A DNA stretch of 63,555 bases, filler included, from Choristocarpus tenellus KU-1152 (Eukaryota; Protista; Phaeophyceae): assembly GCA_964200185.2 (NCBI GenBank). It is 9 parts of 9 records of this genome, joined end to end, with 100 filler letters (N's around TTAATTAATTAA, not from the genome) between each part and the next. Parts side by side here need not be neighbours in the genome. Positions count along the whole stretch, not along the records: positions 13,624 to 26,985 come from CAXNAD020001511.1; positions 27,086 to 29,592 come from CAXNAD020027228.1; positions 29,693 to 32,429 come from CAXNAD020025187.1; positions 32,530 to 38,454 come from CAXNAD020009397.1; 5 more parts are not named here. The stretch is one strand, 5' to 3'. Within the stretch, counting starts at the first letter, position 1. Each line of letters opens with the position of its first letter. The translations under genes were made by a program, and so were the position numbers. Of the stretch, positions 22,801 through 36,506 are shown one piece after another. A model generated the notes under the pieces. That model had not been told where the DNA came from and did not search any database. It saw only the letters and a list, made by a program, of their open reading frames with translations.

Positions 22801-25146
22801 GATGACTCTATAATACACAAAGATGATGTATTGTTGTAGCCCTCAATGTGCTCTGTAAAGTGGACTACGGCGTCAAATAGTTGCAACTCACTTAGCACAT
22901 GTCTGTTTACATATGTAGGAAACCCTTATTCCACAGTGCAGTGGACAAAGTATAGCATCTTCTCCAGAGTAAAATCACAATAGAGTAACACTATTGCTGT
23001 GTCTAATTTCTACAGATTTCCCATTCACGTGGTCTAGAAATTATTGTTGATCTACTATGGTACCAACTATTTGAAAAGTATGCTACCTCCAGAATTCTTC
23101 TTGTCAACATGTCTCAAAAGAGAAATTGAAGTTCACTGACCAAATTATATGACACATCAAAGAGAACATAGATACATTTGAAGCACAAAGCAGTGACTAA
23201 CATTTCAAGAAGTATCACTTCAGAATATCAAGATACTATTGCAAAGAAACTTTGAGGTATTCCCGTATGTATTTATTGCAGACATCCAATTATTGACAAC
23301 AATGAAACATAATATACTTACGCCCAAGGGCTAGGAGGTTGCACATGCCTATGGAAAATAGGAATTAGTACCAGGTACAACGGACTTGTTATCCATGTTG
23401 TCCTTGTTGCCCAAAGTGCATACTGATTTTTGACGAAAAGTCCTCCAGTATCAAGGAGTGGCAGCGAGCGAGACAAAGCACTTGTGAAGAAACCGTAAAA
23501 CACATTATGCTAGTTCAGAATCCCTGAATAACCTATCTTGTATTTAGTTGAGGGCGTAGAATGTTTACATTGACCCAACCAATATGCCTGTTTAAGGTGT
23601 CTTAAGAGTGTGTAAGACATGGAAGTATATGCTGGAATACTTTAAAGTTTACAACTTTCGAAATGCAAAGCATACAGACATTGCAGGCTTTCCTGTTTTT
23701 CCTGATCCAAATCAAGATCATGAATACACATTTACACACATCAACACAGTTTGACTTAGCACACAGTTGACATCATGCTTGAGGTCTATGTTTCATCATA
23801 CCAGTACATTGAGAGAATAGATATTTGTACTGAAGTACTACCTAAACACATATATGCTTTACCCAGTAAGAACTCCAATCATAAACTCAATCAGGACAAG
23901 GTAGCTAGTGAACGACTCTCAGCAGCATCAAGCTCAACACCACCGTTGGATTATGGAGAACAGAAAATTTCCATTCAAAGTTTTGTGCTTGCCTGTCAGT
24001 GCTAATGCTTGACGAATGAATATTGCAAGTTAGTCACCTGGTCCGTGGCAGAGCCATCCACAGCGAGACATTTTTCCCAAATGGCTTTGAGTGCCTTGAC
24101 AGCCTTGCAGTACTTCGCCGGATCCTTTGCCAAGGCAGCAGCGAATACAACCATATTCGCACAGAAATAACAATTCCTGTCCGCCTTGCAGGGAAGCACC
24201 AGGCGGCCCTCCCTCTAAGTGGGATCCATGGGTTTCCGGGTGGGAATAGGTGCTGGAAATAGATCGACAATACCATACGATGACCATACAAGCAGCAGGT
24301 TCTGTTGTCAATATTAAGCCAAGATTTGACACACAGAAATTGAATATAGTTGTTGCAAAGTTACGTTGTTGCGCTTCATTGTATGAATATGATACAACTG
24401 GGCTCTTTTCCTCTCGGTGAGCAATACGAACATTCACCAAGAGCTGGACATCAGAGTACAACACACACCAAACCAAGATCAATCTTGTAAGTCAGCAGAC
24501 CTCCTGGCCAATATATTGCTTCAAAATAGCATCCTTCACATCACTGCTTCTATCAATTTCAGGCCCCACAGAGCCCCTATCGCTGGGTACCCTGCTCCTG
24601 GCTGCCTGATCAGCATCCTGTTTTGCTGTACCTCCATCCCCAACTCTACACCCACCCTCGCCAGCCCCACTACCCCCGACCCCATTGGTAGTTTGGGCGC
24701 TGTCCCCCATCTTCCTCTTCTGGCGCATCCGTGCTCTCTCTGAAGGTCTCTTATTGGCCTTGCGGCCAAGGCTAGCTCCAACAGATGGTGGGTTTACTTT
24801 GTCGTTCTAGATAGATCAAAGGAGGAGAAGCAAGGTAAAAACAAGAATTTCAGGTGATAAGGGTGAATCGATTATTGAATGAAGATGGAAGTTTTGATTC
24901 CGTGGGGAAAGGTACCCAGGGACTCAAGCCGTTCTGGACAAGACCTCCTTCAGGTACAAAGATGCGTCGTCTGTATTATTGAGGTACAAAGATGCGTCAT
25001 CTGTATTCTCATTCCACTATACTACAGGACTACTCCAAGGTATCGTGCTATATACTAGTAGATGTGAAACATTGAACTAGAGTACAGAACTCCAGTAGCA
25101 CCAGTTGTGTCCACGTCCTCCTTGTGCTGTGACGGGCTATACTTGT

Positions 25147-25330
25147 GGCTCAAAGAATCTGGGGGGGTGGGGGTGGCTCTCCATTCGGGGTCCATTTTCC
25201 CAAGTCGTGATTCTTGGGTCAATATGCTTGCATATTTCGGATGCATAATGTAAGTGCACATTTCCTGGTCAAGGCCCGAATAGACACCCTGGTGTAGACC
25301 CCCCCCCAACCCCCCCAGACACTTTGAACC
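25147..25330. mobile_element. MITE family B, TSD TTGT
   Basis: GGCTCAAAGAATCTGGGGG ... CCCCAGACACTTTGAACC; TTGT on both flanks. Confidence 0.88.
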
Positions 25331-28300
25331 TTGTGGAAATAAAACATAAATGAGAATTTATTAATTCCAGCGTAACTGGAAAATATATTTAAAAAAAGTA
25401 GAAGGTACATTATGTCCAGAGCACATAGAAATATAAAACATTTGTGTCCTCAGAAACTTTAACACTGATGCCTTTGGCAGGTGTTGCTCGATAGTCAGGG
25501 AACTTTCCCACATTTGAAACTCTTCCAAGAGGTCTGAAGGACATGCAAATAGCACCAGTACACACGATGTATATAACCAACCCCTACAGGGGACATCAAG
25601 TGCTCAATGCATGATTTGGCTTTGAACGTCAACTAATTTCACTCAACCCCATATCTCATACTTTGTGCCAACCTCTCTCAGCAGAACTAAATCAGTCCCT
25701 TGGTCCCAAGGTCTCTTCTCTATTTGTGCATGACTCAACCTTCTCAGCCACAAAGGAACCCTTACCCTATCTGCAGGTTAACTGCCACTAACCCCTGCTC
25801 CTGTTGCCTCTGAACCATGAACAATCTGTACCTCGGACAGACAGGGAAAGAGACAGTGAAACGAATTGTGGTTGGAACTACTTTGTATACCAGAGTATAC
25901 GGTGGCAACAACAGTTCTCTTGGTATCCTTCCTAGACCATCAAACTGAATATTTGGGCTCTTCATTTCACATGCGGCGGGAAGGGAGCATAAGGGGATTT
26001 TCAAACAACCCTGGAGAACACACTACCCTTCCATACCCTTAAGGGCTCTGCAGATGAGGATGTGTAAAAGCAGCGAGAACTCACGTGCTTTGGTTCATCC
26101 TGTACATAAGACATCAAACAAGTATCATGTACATCAACCACCCGTTCTACCCTGTCCAACAGTCAGTTCATTCCAGGAATGTTTTTCATTGTCCACATAT
26201 TCTGCATATGAAATGCAAATATGCACATGCGTAAGCACCATAATGATATGTGGAAGGTGCGGAAAACGACGATACTACACAGTGCTCGGAGACTTCTAGA
26301 TATCAGTACATCCATACGGAGAATCCAAACATTTCTGACCGGCCCACATTGTGGGAATATTTCTAGGTCAAAATAGGCATATTAGCCACTGTTGCTACAA
26401 ACTGCTGTATATAACTGAGAAGTGTTACAAGAAATGCATTGAAAGACCTGACAAGCAGTGTTGCCTGTACCAAACACACTGGTAGACGGGCGGTGGCGGT
26501 AATTTCACAGCAGAAAACAAGTCCAGTTCACACCATCTTCGACCCTGAAATTTTATTGGTGAATAGGGACTCATGGTCACGAACGACCATTATATCAACA
26601 CCGTCCGAAACCACATATCACATTGTCAAAGGTGGAGTTGATGCATGCTCCTACCCTCACCTGCTCCCTTCTAGTCCTTGACATCCCCAGCTTGTCTACA
26701 ACTTACACCCTCAACCAGCAAAACACAGCCTCCATAGTAATACTAACGCCGGTCAAAGCAAACTCACCTATCCTTCATCCTCTGGGAGGATCATGCCCTC
26801 CGGAAGAGGGCCTGGATTGTCCTGGAGAAGTTAATTGACACAGTCGGGAAGTGACGAGCGGCTACACACCTGACCGACGCCTGTCCATGTATCAGGAATG
26901 TGGATACGAAAGTGGAGGGTGAAGGAGGTAGGGCGGATAACACGTAAGTGCGGAAATGTCGAAGATGAAGACTGCCCCCAATCTGNNNNNNNNNNNNNNN
27001 NNNNNNNNNNNNNNNNNNNNNNNNNNNNNTTAATTAATTAANNNNNNNNNNNNNNNNNNNNNNNNNNNNNNNNNNNNNNNNNNNNCCTTCCCCATCCTTT
27101 CGCCCTTCCCCCTCCACTCCTGCCCCGGTTGCAACCCTGGTACCAGAGGAATAGGGATGTCTCAGCTGGTACTGCCGCAGCTCCTTGCTAAGGCGCCGAA
27201 CCTGAGTGCAATATTTTGGTCAACAAACGGACAGGTAGATTGATAGATGAATGCATGGATCAGTTCCGAATATAGATGGGGTTGACATTGTGTCCACACA
27301 CACCCCACTGCTCCTCTCCTGCGGCAAAAAGCACTGAAGAAAGAAGAAAAAATTAAGCTGGACATTGCCATAGGTCAGCGACAGACCTGGAATCATCATT
27401 GATGGTGTTGGAGAAACATCCCAGGCAGGTTTGAAGTTGGTCGGGATTACATTTATGCAACTGTGGAACAGGGGACAGGGCTAAGGATTATTCCAAGGAT
27501 GTTGGAGCTTGAAGGGCATCTTATTGATGAGGTCTCCAGAAATTATGCATGGCGTACCTCTGGGCCATAATTGGGCTAAGGTCGACTCAGAGTTGGAGCA
27601 GGGGGGATACGACCAACCTGATCTTCTAGAAAGTTGTTCTCGGCACGCATGCGGCTCATCTCTTGCTCATACAGACGCTTGTCGACAATGGCATCCACCA
27701 CCAAGGCCTAGGCAAGGAGAATGCGAAAATTGAGCCGGTTAAGGGTCACATTTCTGAGTTTTCCAAGTTGTTGTGAAGCGATGGAAGGCACTGATACAGG
27801 ATGGATTTATGTCTCTAAATCTCATATATCTCGGGCGAGTTGGGTCTTGCCCAGAGCGCCAACAGGGAAATTTCAACCACTTGGCTCCACCTTTTTGTGT
27901 CTATGAGTGGCTGTATGATTTCTTCCTGGTGCTTCATTGGGAGGAGAAGTTTACCAGTCGACCCAAGAAGACGAGCACTTCAACAATAATTCAACGCAAC
28001 CTACGGTCTCGGATTCCAACTCAACCGATAATATGCTTATGTTGCGTTGCATCGAGTTAAAATATTGGTAGGCCATTGCAATACTAAGAGTTATAGGACA
28101 ATGTCCAAGCCTATTGGTCATGCAATCCATAGTGCTCCCCACTCTCTCTCTCTCCACTATTCTGTCGAAAACAAACGCGATCTTTCCATCCTGGGCATTA
28201 CCTCTCGCTGGAGTGGCACGTTTGCCTCGCCAGGACGATTAACCCACTGACTTGACCTCTCCGCCTGAGGTCCGAACAAGGATGTGCCAGGCGTGATACC

Positions 28301-29692
28301 TGGCATTGGTCCAGCCGTTTGTTTACCCCTGGGTCCTGCCATCGCGCACTAGCGTCCCTGTACAAACCCAGGTTAGCACAGGGCTCGGGAAACCTTCCAG
28401 ATCAACTCAAGTATAGATACTTTATATCCAAAAACAATGGCTATTTCAACATTTCTAGAGTTGCCACACCGATTTATGAGTATGCCTGTGTACTCACACC
28501 AAGTGTATCTGACCCAAAGCATAGGATACGCTAAACTTGGTTCACTAGTCGTCCCCGTTACAATGTATTTCTCGCGCGGTGGCCGCGCGACAGCTAGACA
28601 AAAAAGTTCAAACATTTTGTGTTTTTGAGATGGTAAGGTGGTGGTTGTGTCGTTTGTGAGATGTCAACGTGATAGGCACTTTCATGTTTCATTCGTTCTA
28701 GAATACTACTACGCCCGCCTCTTCCTCTTTTGTTCTGGAATATTACCAAGCGCTTTTGAACATTGACCTTTAGGGCTGGAGTAACTGAAACGAACATCTT
28801 TGTGTTTATTACCTGATAATATTCGGTTCTTCTACATTATGGTCAGGAATGCTGTGGTGCAGGTGCCCCTGTTTTGCTATATTTTTTCCTGACTGACACC
28901 GCTGGTGGTGGCAACTTACGAGACCTTGCCATATCTCAGAACATTTTGTCCCCTCCTTATTATAGTGCAGTCAAGGTTTTTCCATAATATATATAATTGT
29001 TTCAGTGGACGAGAGTATCTCCCTCCTCCATCTATCTCTATAATCCATATAGCATGCTCAATAGCATTAGAAAGGTCACCAGAACCACATGAGGACTATA
29101 TCACACTGAAAATGTAGTTGTTCCAGTGTCACTTACTCTGTTAGCTATAGCACTACTGTAAAGTATAATAGTATCACTGTGGAGTGTAACAGCTTCAACA
29201 GAGCAGTGCTTGTAGTGGTACAAAAAATAGTGGCACTACCATAATAACAAGAATAGGGATGCTTCCCTAGGTCCTCGCCCAGTTCTGTAGGGCTAAGGTA
29301 GGTTGGAGGCATAGCAGCAATGTGCACATAACACTGTAATTATCGAGCTTCAAGGGAGTGTAGAATAACTGGTATTAAAACAGTATATTATATTGTTGTA
29401 CCCTCTGACATTTTTGGGGAGATGTGTCAGGGGGGGAAAGAATGAATGAAAACTATTCACATGTAAGAGTAAACCCTAAAGAAGTAAAAATATATCACAA
29501 ACGTGAGAAACACTAATCTATTTGTTACTTCACTACACCCTATTATGTTGTACCACGACCTTCCTGTGCCCCCAATCTACCTATTCTAGCACNNNNNNNN
29601 NNNNNNNNNNNNNNNNNNNNNNNNNNNNNNNNNNNNTTAATTAATTAANNNNNNNNNNNNNNNNNNNNNNNNNNNNNNNNNNNNNNNNNNNN

Positions 29693-32042
29693 AACTGTCA
29701 AGACCTTGGTAGGAATCTTTTTGACGTTCCCAACAACTTTCTCGCAAGTCGAAACAATACCCGCCATAGGTTCCCAGCTTATGTCTTCAACCCGCCTCTG
29801 TTTCCCAGTTCGCCCGGATCTATCACCAGCATGTATGTAGCCTTCTACAAAAGTACTTTTCCCGTACTTCTCAAGGGTCATAAACGCGACGTTGTCACGT
29901 GTGTGGTCACTGCTTGGCCGAAGCCAGTGAAGATCCACCCCACGCTCCCCGTCCTCGCCGACATGATCCGCTAGGATCTTGCCGACCAAGAGCAGCGCCT
30001 CCGTTGCCACAAAAAAGGCAAATCTGCCTTCCTGCACGGAGACGAGGTTTCCATGGTTCGCCGATGTCAAGGTAACACGAGGCCAACCCCGTCTACGGGA
30101 GCCAGCTTCTTTCTTGTCACTGTCCGATGAGGAAGAGTCTGTTTCCTCGAGCCCGCCGAGATCATTGTCCCCGCTGACGAGATTATCTCCTCCACCCAAA
30201 CGTTCGCCCTGGTCGGTGTCTTCGACATCGCTGGTACCAGTTCCAGCGCCATTGTCATCGGTGGGAAGCCAATGGACTGGGAGGTCGAACTCTCGTTCCC
30301 CTATCTTTTTGAGAAGCCGCACAGACTTGGTTTGCTCGTGTTTCGCTCTCTGAATGGCTTCATCGTCTGCAAAGGTGGAATCCATGAGCACGAGAACATC
30401 AATGGTATGGAAGCATGAATGTTACTTTGTAACCAGGCGTGAGGTTTCACGAATGCGCTCGGGGAGCATGCAGTGAGAGGGAGGGTGTATATTTCGTCGG
30501 ATTCGTGTCTGTTGAGTACAAGACCGGTACCCTCAGAACATTTATCGGGGGTAATCTATAGTACTTTTATATTGTGACATGCGATGATCACTACGCATGA
30601 GAATGGAATATTTTTCAAGATTGTTTTTGTAAAGGCTGTAAAGGCTGCCTCGTACAGAAGTTGCACTAGATTTTTTTGGCTGCCACCGAATACAAAAATT
30701 AGCCATCAACTCCCCTCACGAAAAAATCGACTTACCCAATGGGTACGCAGAAGTGAGGCGCTCGTGCGATGCCTGGTACCGCTGCTCCACCTTCAGGATG
30801 ACGTCTTCGGGAACACTCTTGAGCTGGTAGGATGGTGTATCATGGATACGAGGCGGGTGGCTGATGAAGAGGTCGTGCGGAGGGTTATTGAGGTCGATAG
30901 CAAGGTCTCCGCCTATCCCATTCCATTCGGTGCTGTGCATGTATTGCTTCACGCTAACCTTAACCCGCCCATCACCGCCTTTTTCAACGCGAAAAGCCCT
31001 GTAGCTCGTGATATTGGGGACATGGTTGACGCGACCGCGAAGGAGTTCCTTGAAGTTTCTCTCGTTCCGTAGGGTCTTGCAGTATACTGGAACCTCCATG
31101 TAAGAGGCCTGCAGCTCTTCACCCAGCTGTGTTCTTGCGAATATGTTCTTCCCTTTTATACCACGTGAGAACCTGAAGGTGAAATGCAAGCAAGTTAATT
31201 TTGAGGCGGGGGCGAAAGAAACGAAGTGGAGAAGCAATGAATATATGCAGGCACATGCTCTGATGCATGTATATGGAAGTATAGATATAAAAAGGGGTGA
31301 TGCGTACATTTTTTTATTGTTTTGCTTCGAGAGTAAGTTATGAAACAGTTTTGGCAGCTGCTCTTATCGTTCAATTTTATTGAGGGGAAATCAAAAGCCA
31401 AATAATCAATTATAGCGTATGACCATAAAACTTCCATGGATGCAACAAGCGTGAGCTGCAAGCCTCAAGGCAGTATCTGAACGTATCAAAACACTATGTG
31501 GCTATCGGACTTATATATCTTGCCTAATTACCTGGAGAAGATCTGATCGATCTTGATGTGCGTGTGCCTGACCATCATAAAATGTATCTCGACCACATGA
31601 TTGACACTCGCCGCGACCAACAGCCCCGCATATCCGAGAAATAAATTGTTCTTGTTCTCTGCGACGCAGTTGTCGACCTGGCCAGTTTGGGGAGTTGCGA
31701 ACGAGGGAGGGATAGGCGTGAGCCCGATATGTCAGCCCATTTAGCCGTGTTTCGTGGAGGAACAGGGTAGGTTTTCAGTACTGCTAGAGTGCAAGCTCTA
31801 CATCACCGCCATCATACATGCAGGTTGCAACGCACAAATCAAAACTAAAGACCGTGCAGTTAGTTACTTGGTGACCAGTATTCAGCGAGTATGTGTTGAG
31901 TAGGTCGTGTCAAGATGAAACTTTCTTACCTGCCAATGCGTGTGCTGGATGATGCAACTCCCCGCGTGATCGAGGCTGTTGTGGTACTTGTCGATAAACC
32001 TTGTGAGGGCAAGGTGGGTGGCTGTACAGACAAGGTTGCAAC
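29693..32042 (-). mobile_element. Intron-containing Sola-type (DDD) transposase gene, partial
   Basis: Phase-compatible exons 31930-32042, 31532-31677 (VDNCVAENKNNLFLGYAGLLV..IHFMMVRHTHIKIDQIFS), 30736-31172 and 29693-30366. QxDNCxxENKN...HTHxxIDQxFS is the Sola-type catalytic signature. An upstream exon probably ends near 32211. Confidence 0.8.
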
Positions 32043-34531
32043 CTGCGTGAACGATGATGTCCATCGTTAGTTGGCAAATAGTACCATGCTTACTTACGCA
32101 TTGTTTAATTGGAGCAAAAAAGAGGGGTAACGGAATTTGTTTTTGTAATGTAGAGCAAATATAATGATCTTCATAAATCTGCCAGGAGCGTCATTCTGTT
32201 CGGGCCTTACCGCCGTTTGCAGAAGTGGCAAAGGAGGCGAATCTACCATCGTCATCATCATCATCGTGAAGCGCTTTAGACATAGGAAGTACACATTTTT
32301 GCTACCAATGTCAGACCGGGCCCGGGGCCGCAGAGTAGGTGTACACGGCGTTGCAATAACAGTTATTGTGTCTTCCTTCGTAAAAGCGACGAAGAGTATC
32401 ATCATCAACATTGTAGTCTCGACATAGCANNNNNNNNNNNNNNNNNNNNNNNNNNNNNNNNNNNNNNNNNNNNTTAATTAATTAANNNNNNNNNNNNNNN
32501 NNNNNNNNNNNNNNNNNNNNNNNNNNNNNGATGGATAATGCAAATGCACTTTTCCCGATTCTGGTCCAAATGGACACCCTTGTGTAGACACCCCCCCCCC
32601 CAGATACTTTGGGTCTTTGTCCCTGCAAACCTTCAGAGGCGGCCCCTGTTGCCCTCATTTGACCACTGCCATAGACCTAAATTACCAAGCTGTACCTATT
32701 CACTCCCCTATCACCTCTATTCCCAGTACAGGCGATCACATCCATCATGCAACAGTTTATGCTTGGAGGACATATGCTTCACCAGTTGTGCAGGGACAAC
32801 CAAAACATGTCTCTTCTCCTTCATGTCCTGAACTTCTGGCGGTACATAACCCACAGCTGAAGTGGTCAAATTTGAATGGCTTGTCAGCAAAATCCAAGCC
32901 TTCATCAACTGTACATTGATGCACCCTATCTCAGGATCTGTGCAACTAACAGCCAACTCCTTGACCACCAACCCTGCTGGCCAAGGACATGCCGCAAATT
33001 TGAGGCACCTTCCTCATGCCACATAGTTGGATGATAACCTCGCATTGTACATTATTCAGTTCTCAGTTTAGTTCCGTCAAGACCTTGAACAATTGGAGCA
33101 CAAGAAATGTGCACGCCTATTCATTACTTCAATAGTGACAAAGCAATTGTTTATGAGCTGTCATTTCCAAAAATTACCAATCTTCAAGCTTGACTCCTTG
33201 TGTGTTGTGATTCACAAAAATCAAGCAAATTGCAAAATAATCGATATGATAATTGAAAGGTTTTGGTTAGTACTTCTTAGTCTTCACTTTCGAGCAGGAG
33301 GCAGGGGGATATATACATGTTGGGACTCACCTCCCTACAAGGACCCTAGTACATTCACAACAGCATTTTCGTATCTCTCATGTCAATGAACGCACAGAAA
33401 CCTGTAGAGACTATGGGCCTGACCACTTGGAGCTATATCTACGGGGTATGCCCTCCCACATGCATGGTATGATGACGACAAGGTAGCCCAAAGGATCCAA
33501 GCAAAAACAAATGTCGATCACCTCTCTGGACTCCAGGACCAAAATCTTCAATGGCATTTCAAAAGTAAAGCCCACCTTGGATTCATATGCTTCCTCCACC
33601 CAGAATAAAATGCAATACAGCCTTTGCAGTCCCCATGAAGAAGCAGCATTCTTTTCAAATGTTCATATTTTATTGATGCATTATGTAGACATGAAAAGGT
33701 TACCCACCAAAATCTCAATCAACATGGGGCAGCCTACGCCTATGATTCCACCCCGAAGCCCTCCTAAACCCCAATCCAGCACAGTATTTCGCCACATCCG
33801 CTGAGGCATTCAGTCGCACCTTGCCCACCTTCTCGGCCTTTTCCTTGCTAAGATAAGGAATTTTGAAGACGTTCTCATCCTTGGACCCCAGCACTTCAAG
33901 GTAGAGTTTGAAGAGTCTCTGCCAGATTCACTCTAGTGTCTCCCAGGGGTACACATTGAAAAGCTCCACAATGGCCTCCATCAGCCCTTCTGTGTTGGTC
34001 ACCCCCAACTCATCCTTCATTTGCTGGATGGAATGAAAGATTCCAGGTCGATGACCTTGAGGTCAGGTGAGTAGACTGGCTGGGTCCCTATCCTTGTTCC
34101 GATACAACAATCTTGTCACCAGCCACCTAATTGATTGCCTCCATGATCCCCCCCTTGGTGTGTGGCATTCCTCCGTCCTGCCGTAAAAAGGTGGTGCGTC
34201 TTTCTGGCCTAGGCAAGCAGGCCATGATTGAGGAGATGACATCCTCAATTATGAGCTTCTTGTACCTCTCCCCGTCCACCGTAGCTGGCACAAGCACCTA
34301 GGTGCCCTTTGTGGCAGTGTTTGCTGGAATGCTGAGCGACCCTAGTGTCCACAATTGACCAGATCACAATTTTCCCGTCGAACCACACCTCATTGGAGAG
34401 CTTCCTAGGGCGGGCCACAGCTGCAAGGAACATCACCTTCCTAATGCAACACATATTCTGTACCCTGGGGGTTTGGGGAGCCCCTCGTTGGGGTGCTAGT
34501 ACATAGCTTGCCCATCTTTGAGGATGTACAA

Positions 34532-34790
34532 GAGTGAAAGCATGTTAGAGGGTACAATTTTTCCCCTTTTTGTCCATTTGAGGCTTGACTCCCACAGGTT
34601 TATTAGGACATTTTACCTACTCGTAAACACTTTAGGAGTAGGTAAAACGTTTATGTTATGAAAAGATTTGTCCGGAACAATGATATTGACACTTCCTAAC
34701 AAACACAATTGCCAAAATTACATCAAAATCGCAACATTGGATTTTGGACCTCAAATGGACGCAGCTCTATCCTCTAAGATACTTTGAATC
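34532..34790 (+). mobile_element. MITE family A, TSD ACAA, nested in mariner transposase
   Basis: ACAA on both flanks; removing the element and one TSD restores DKKWLYILKDG. Confidence 0.92.
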
Positions 34791-35214
34791 ACAACCATTT
34801 CTTATCCACATGCACCCAGCAAATAGATAATAAAAAACTACCCCGCTTCTCTCCCTCCTGTGCATGTGGCTGAGGAATTCACTCTGTGTTGACTTTCTGC
34901 TGGTCTGAGAGGACTAGTTTAATCCACTGCTTCACCTTCTTCACCTTCTCACGCTTGTACAGATCTCACAATCAGGCAAAGGAGACCCAAGCCTAGACCC
35001 TCCATTTGCGGAAGGATGTCTGGTGTACTGATGGGACATCCCAAACGTCGAGGATACTTGTACAGCAGCCACATCACCCCTTGTGGGGTTGTGCAAGGTT
35101 CGCGCATTTGCCCCATGCTATCTGACTGTCATACTTCTTCACATGACGGAACACAGAGATTTGAGAAATTCTGAAGTCCTCTACGATGACTGCTGCTGCC
35201 GTCCCCCGAGGCAT

Positions 35215-35358
35215 CCTCTTGTGCTCTCTCACCTTCAGGCGTTGTGCTACCTTGCTGATCTGACCTCTTGTGCTCTCTAACCTTCAGGCGTTGTGCCACC
35301 TTGCTGATCAGACCTCTTGTGCTCTCTCACCTTCAGGCGTTGTGCCACCTTGCTGATC
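35215..35358. repeat. 49-bp tandem repeat, about 3 copies
   Basis: CCTCTTGTGCTCTCTCACCTTCAGGCGTTGTGCYACCTTGCTGATCWGA starting at 35215, 35264 and 35313. Confidence 0.95.
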
Positions 35359-36506
35359 TTTGTCAGGGTGTTCGAGTCCTGGCCCTGGACACGCTTCTGG
35401 GTCGAAGAATTGGGACCGGTGAACGATGATGATATGAGCAAGCTGCTTGAACAACAGTGGGCCTTCGTCCTAGGCATCACAAAAAACACTCACTTTGACC
35501 GTTTCATGAGGTTTTGAACCCCGTCAAATGCAGCTTGGCCGACTTTGCACTGTTCATCCTCCACAGTCATAACAACCCACCACCTCAAACTTTGCACACC
35601 TCCCAATCTATATGAGGATTATGCCTTTTCTAGAAGGTTTATCGCATTGCTCATTCCCGGGCGAGAGCTGGCATAAGTAATGTTACATTTAATTCCGAAT
35701 TAAGGTAATGTTTGAAGTTGTAGCCATCCTGGAGGTGGAGCAATCAAGACAGGACATATCAGATGCAGCTGGCATGACACAGCAAAACCCACACACGATA
35801 CCCATGTTGAGAGGTTGCAACAAGTTCCTCATCCAGGAAAGCGAAAGGGCATGCTCTGCAACCAATACTGTGCAAATCACAGTGGTGCAACATCCCAACT
35901 TTGTGCAGCACATCGGGATTGCTGTGAACAAAGAGGGTGTAGTGTTGGGTGTGGTCCTTAGCCCAAAGAAAGGTGAGGATTAGGGTTAAGAACAATGTGT
36001 GGGTCGTAGGGCTAGATATCTCTCATGGTTGTGAGGCTGGATGGGAGTGAGGGTGGTGCTACAAAAAATCTAACATATGGAGCCCCTTACCTATGTACAA
36101 AGGTGCATACTGCAGATTTCTTAGTAAGAGCAATTAGTATCGTAACCAGTGCCAGGATCACATGGCCAACAATAAATGGATGCTCCAACAATAATAGTAT
36201 CTAACATCACACATTACATGCGCACTAATTCTGAGCTGTACAGAAAATACTAGTACTCTTGTCTCCATGACTTACATGTGCCGCCATTTGATCAAATGCA
36301 ATCTTAAAGCACTAATGGTACTTGCATTTTGATCTCTTATGGACTGGTCATGCAAGGGATAATGTCAAAGATAAGGATTAGAATGCAACAATGCTTCAAA
36401 ATGATACTGAAACATAAAATATAGTGAAAGTATAACCAAAGGACTTCAAATTGGGTGCGTTCACAACAGGCACGTACTAGACCCATCCAACTCTTTGAAC
36501 ATTTAC

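Larger units (their letters stand above)
33805..35530 (-). pseudogene. Decayed mariner/ITm (plant-mariner-like) transposase with frameshifts, stops and a MITE insertion
   Basis: VHVDKKWLYILKDG (split by the MITE at 34532-34790), KVMFLAAVARPR..WFDGKIVIW, SPDLKVIDL-like and FKIPYLSKEK motifs. Confidence 0.8.

Noticed and set aside
26766-26985. Possible terminal exon DNPGPLPEGMILPEDEG* on the minus strand
   Set aside because: Too short, no recognisable family, and at a contig edge.
29979-31072. Plus-strand ORFs 29979-30353 and 30584-31072
   Set aside because: Antisense shadows of the transposase exons.
32620-33060. Possible retrotransposon integrase remnant
   Set aside because: Only vague His/Trp spacing; no diagnostic motif.
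35215-35358. Possible CRISPR array
   Set aside because: Head-to-tail repeats with no unique spacers, no cas genes, eukaryotic context.
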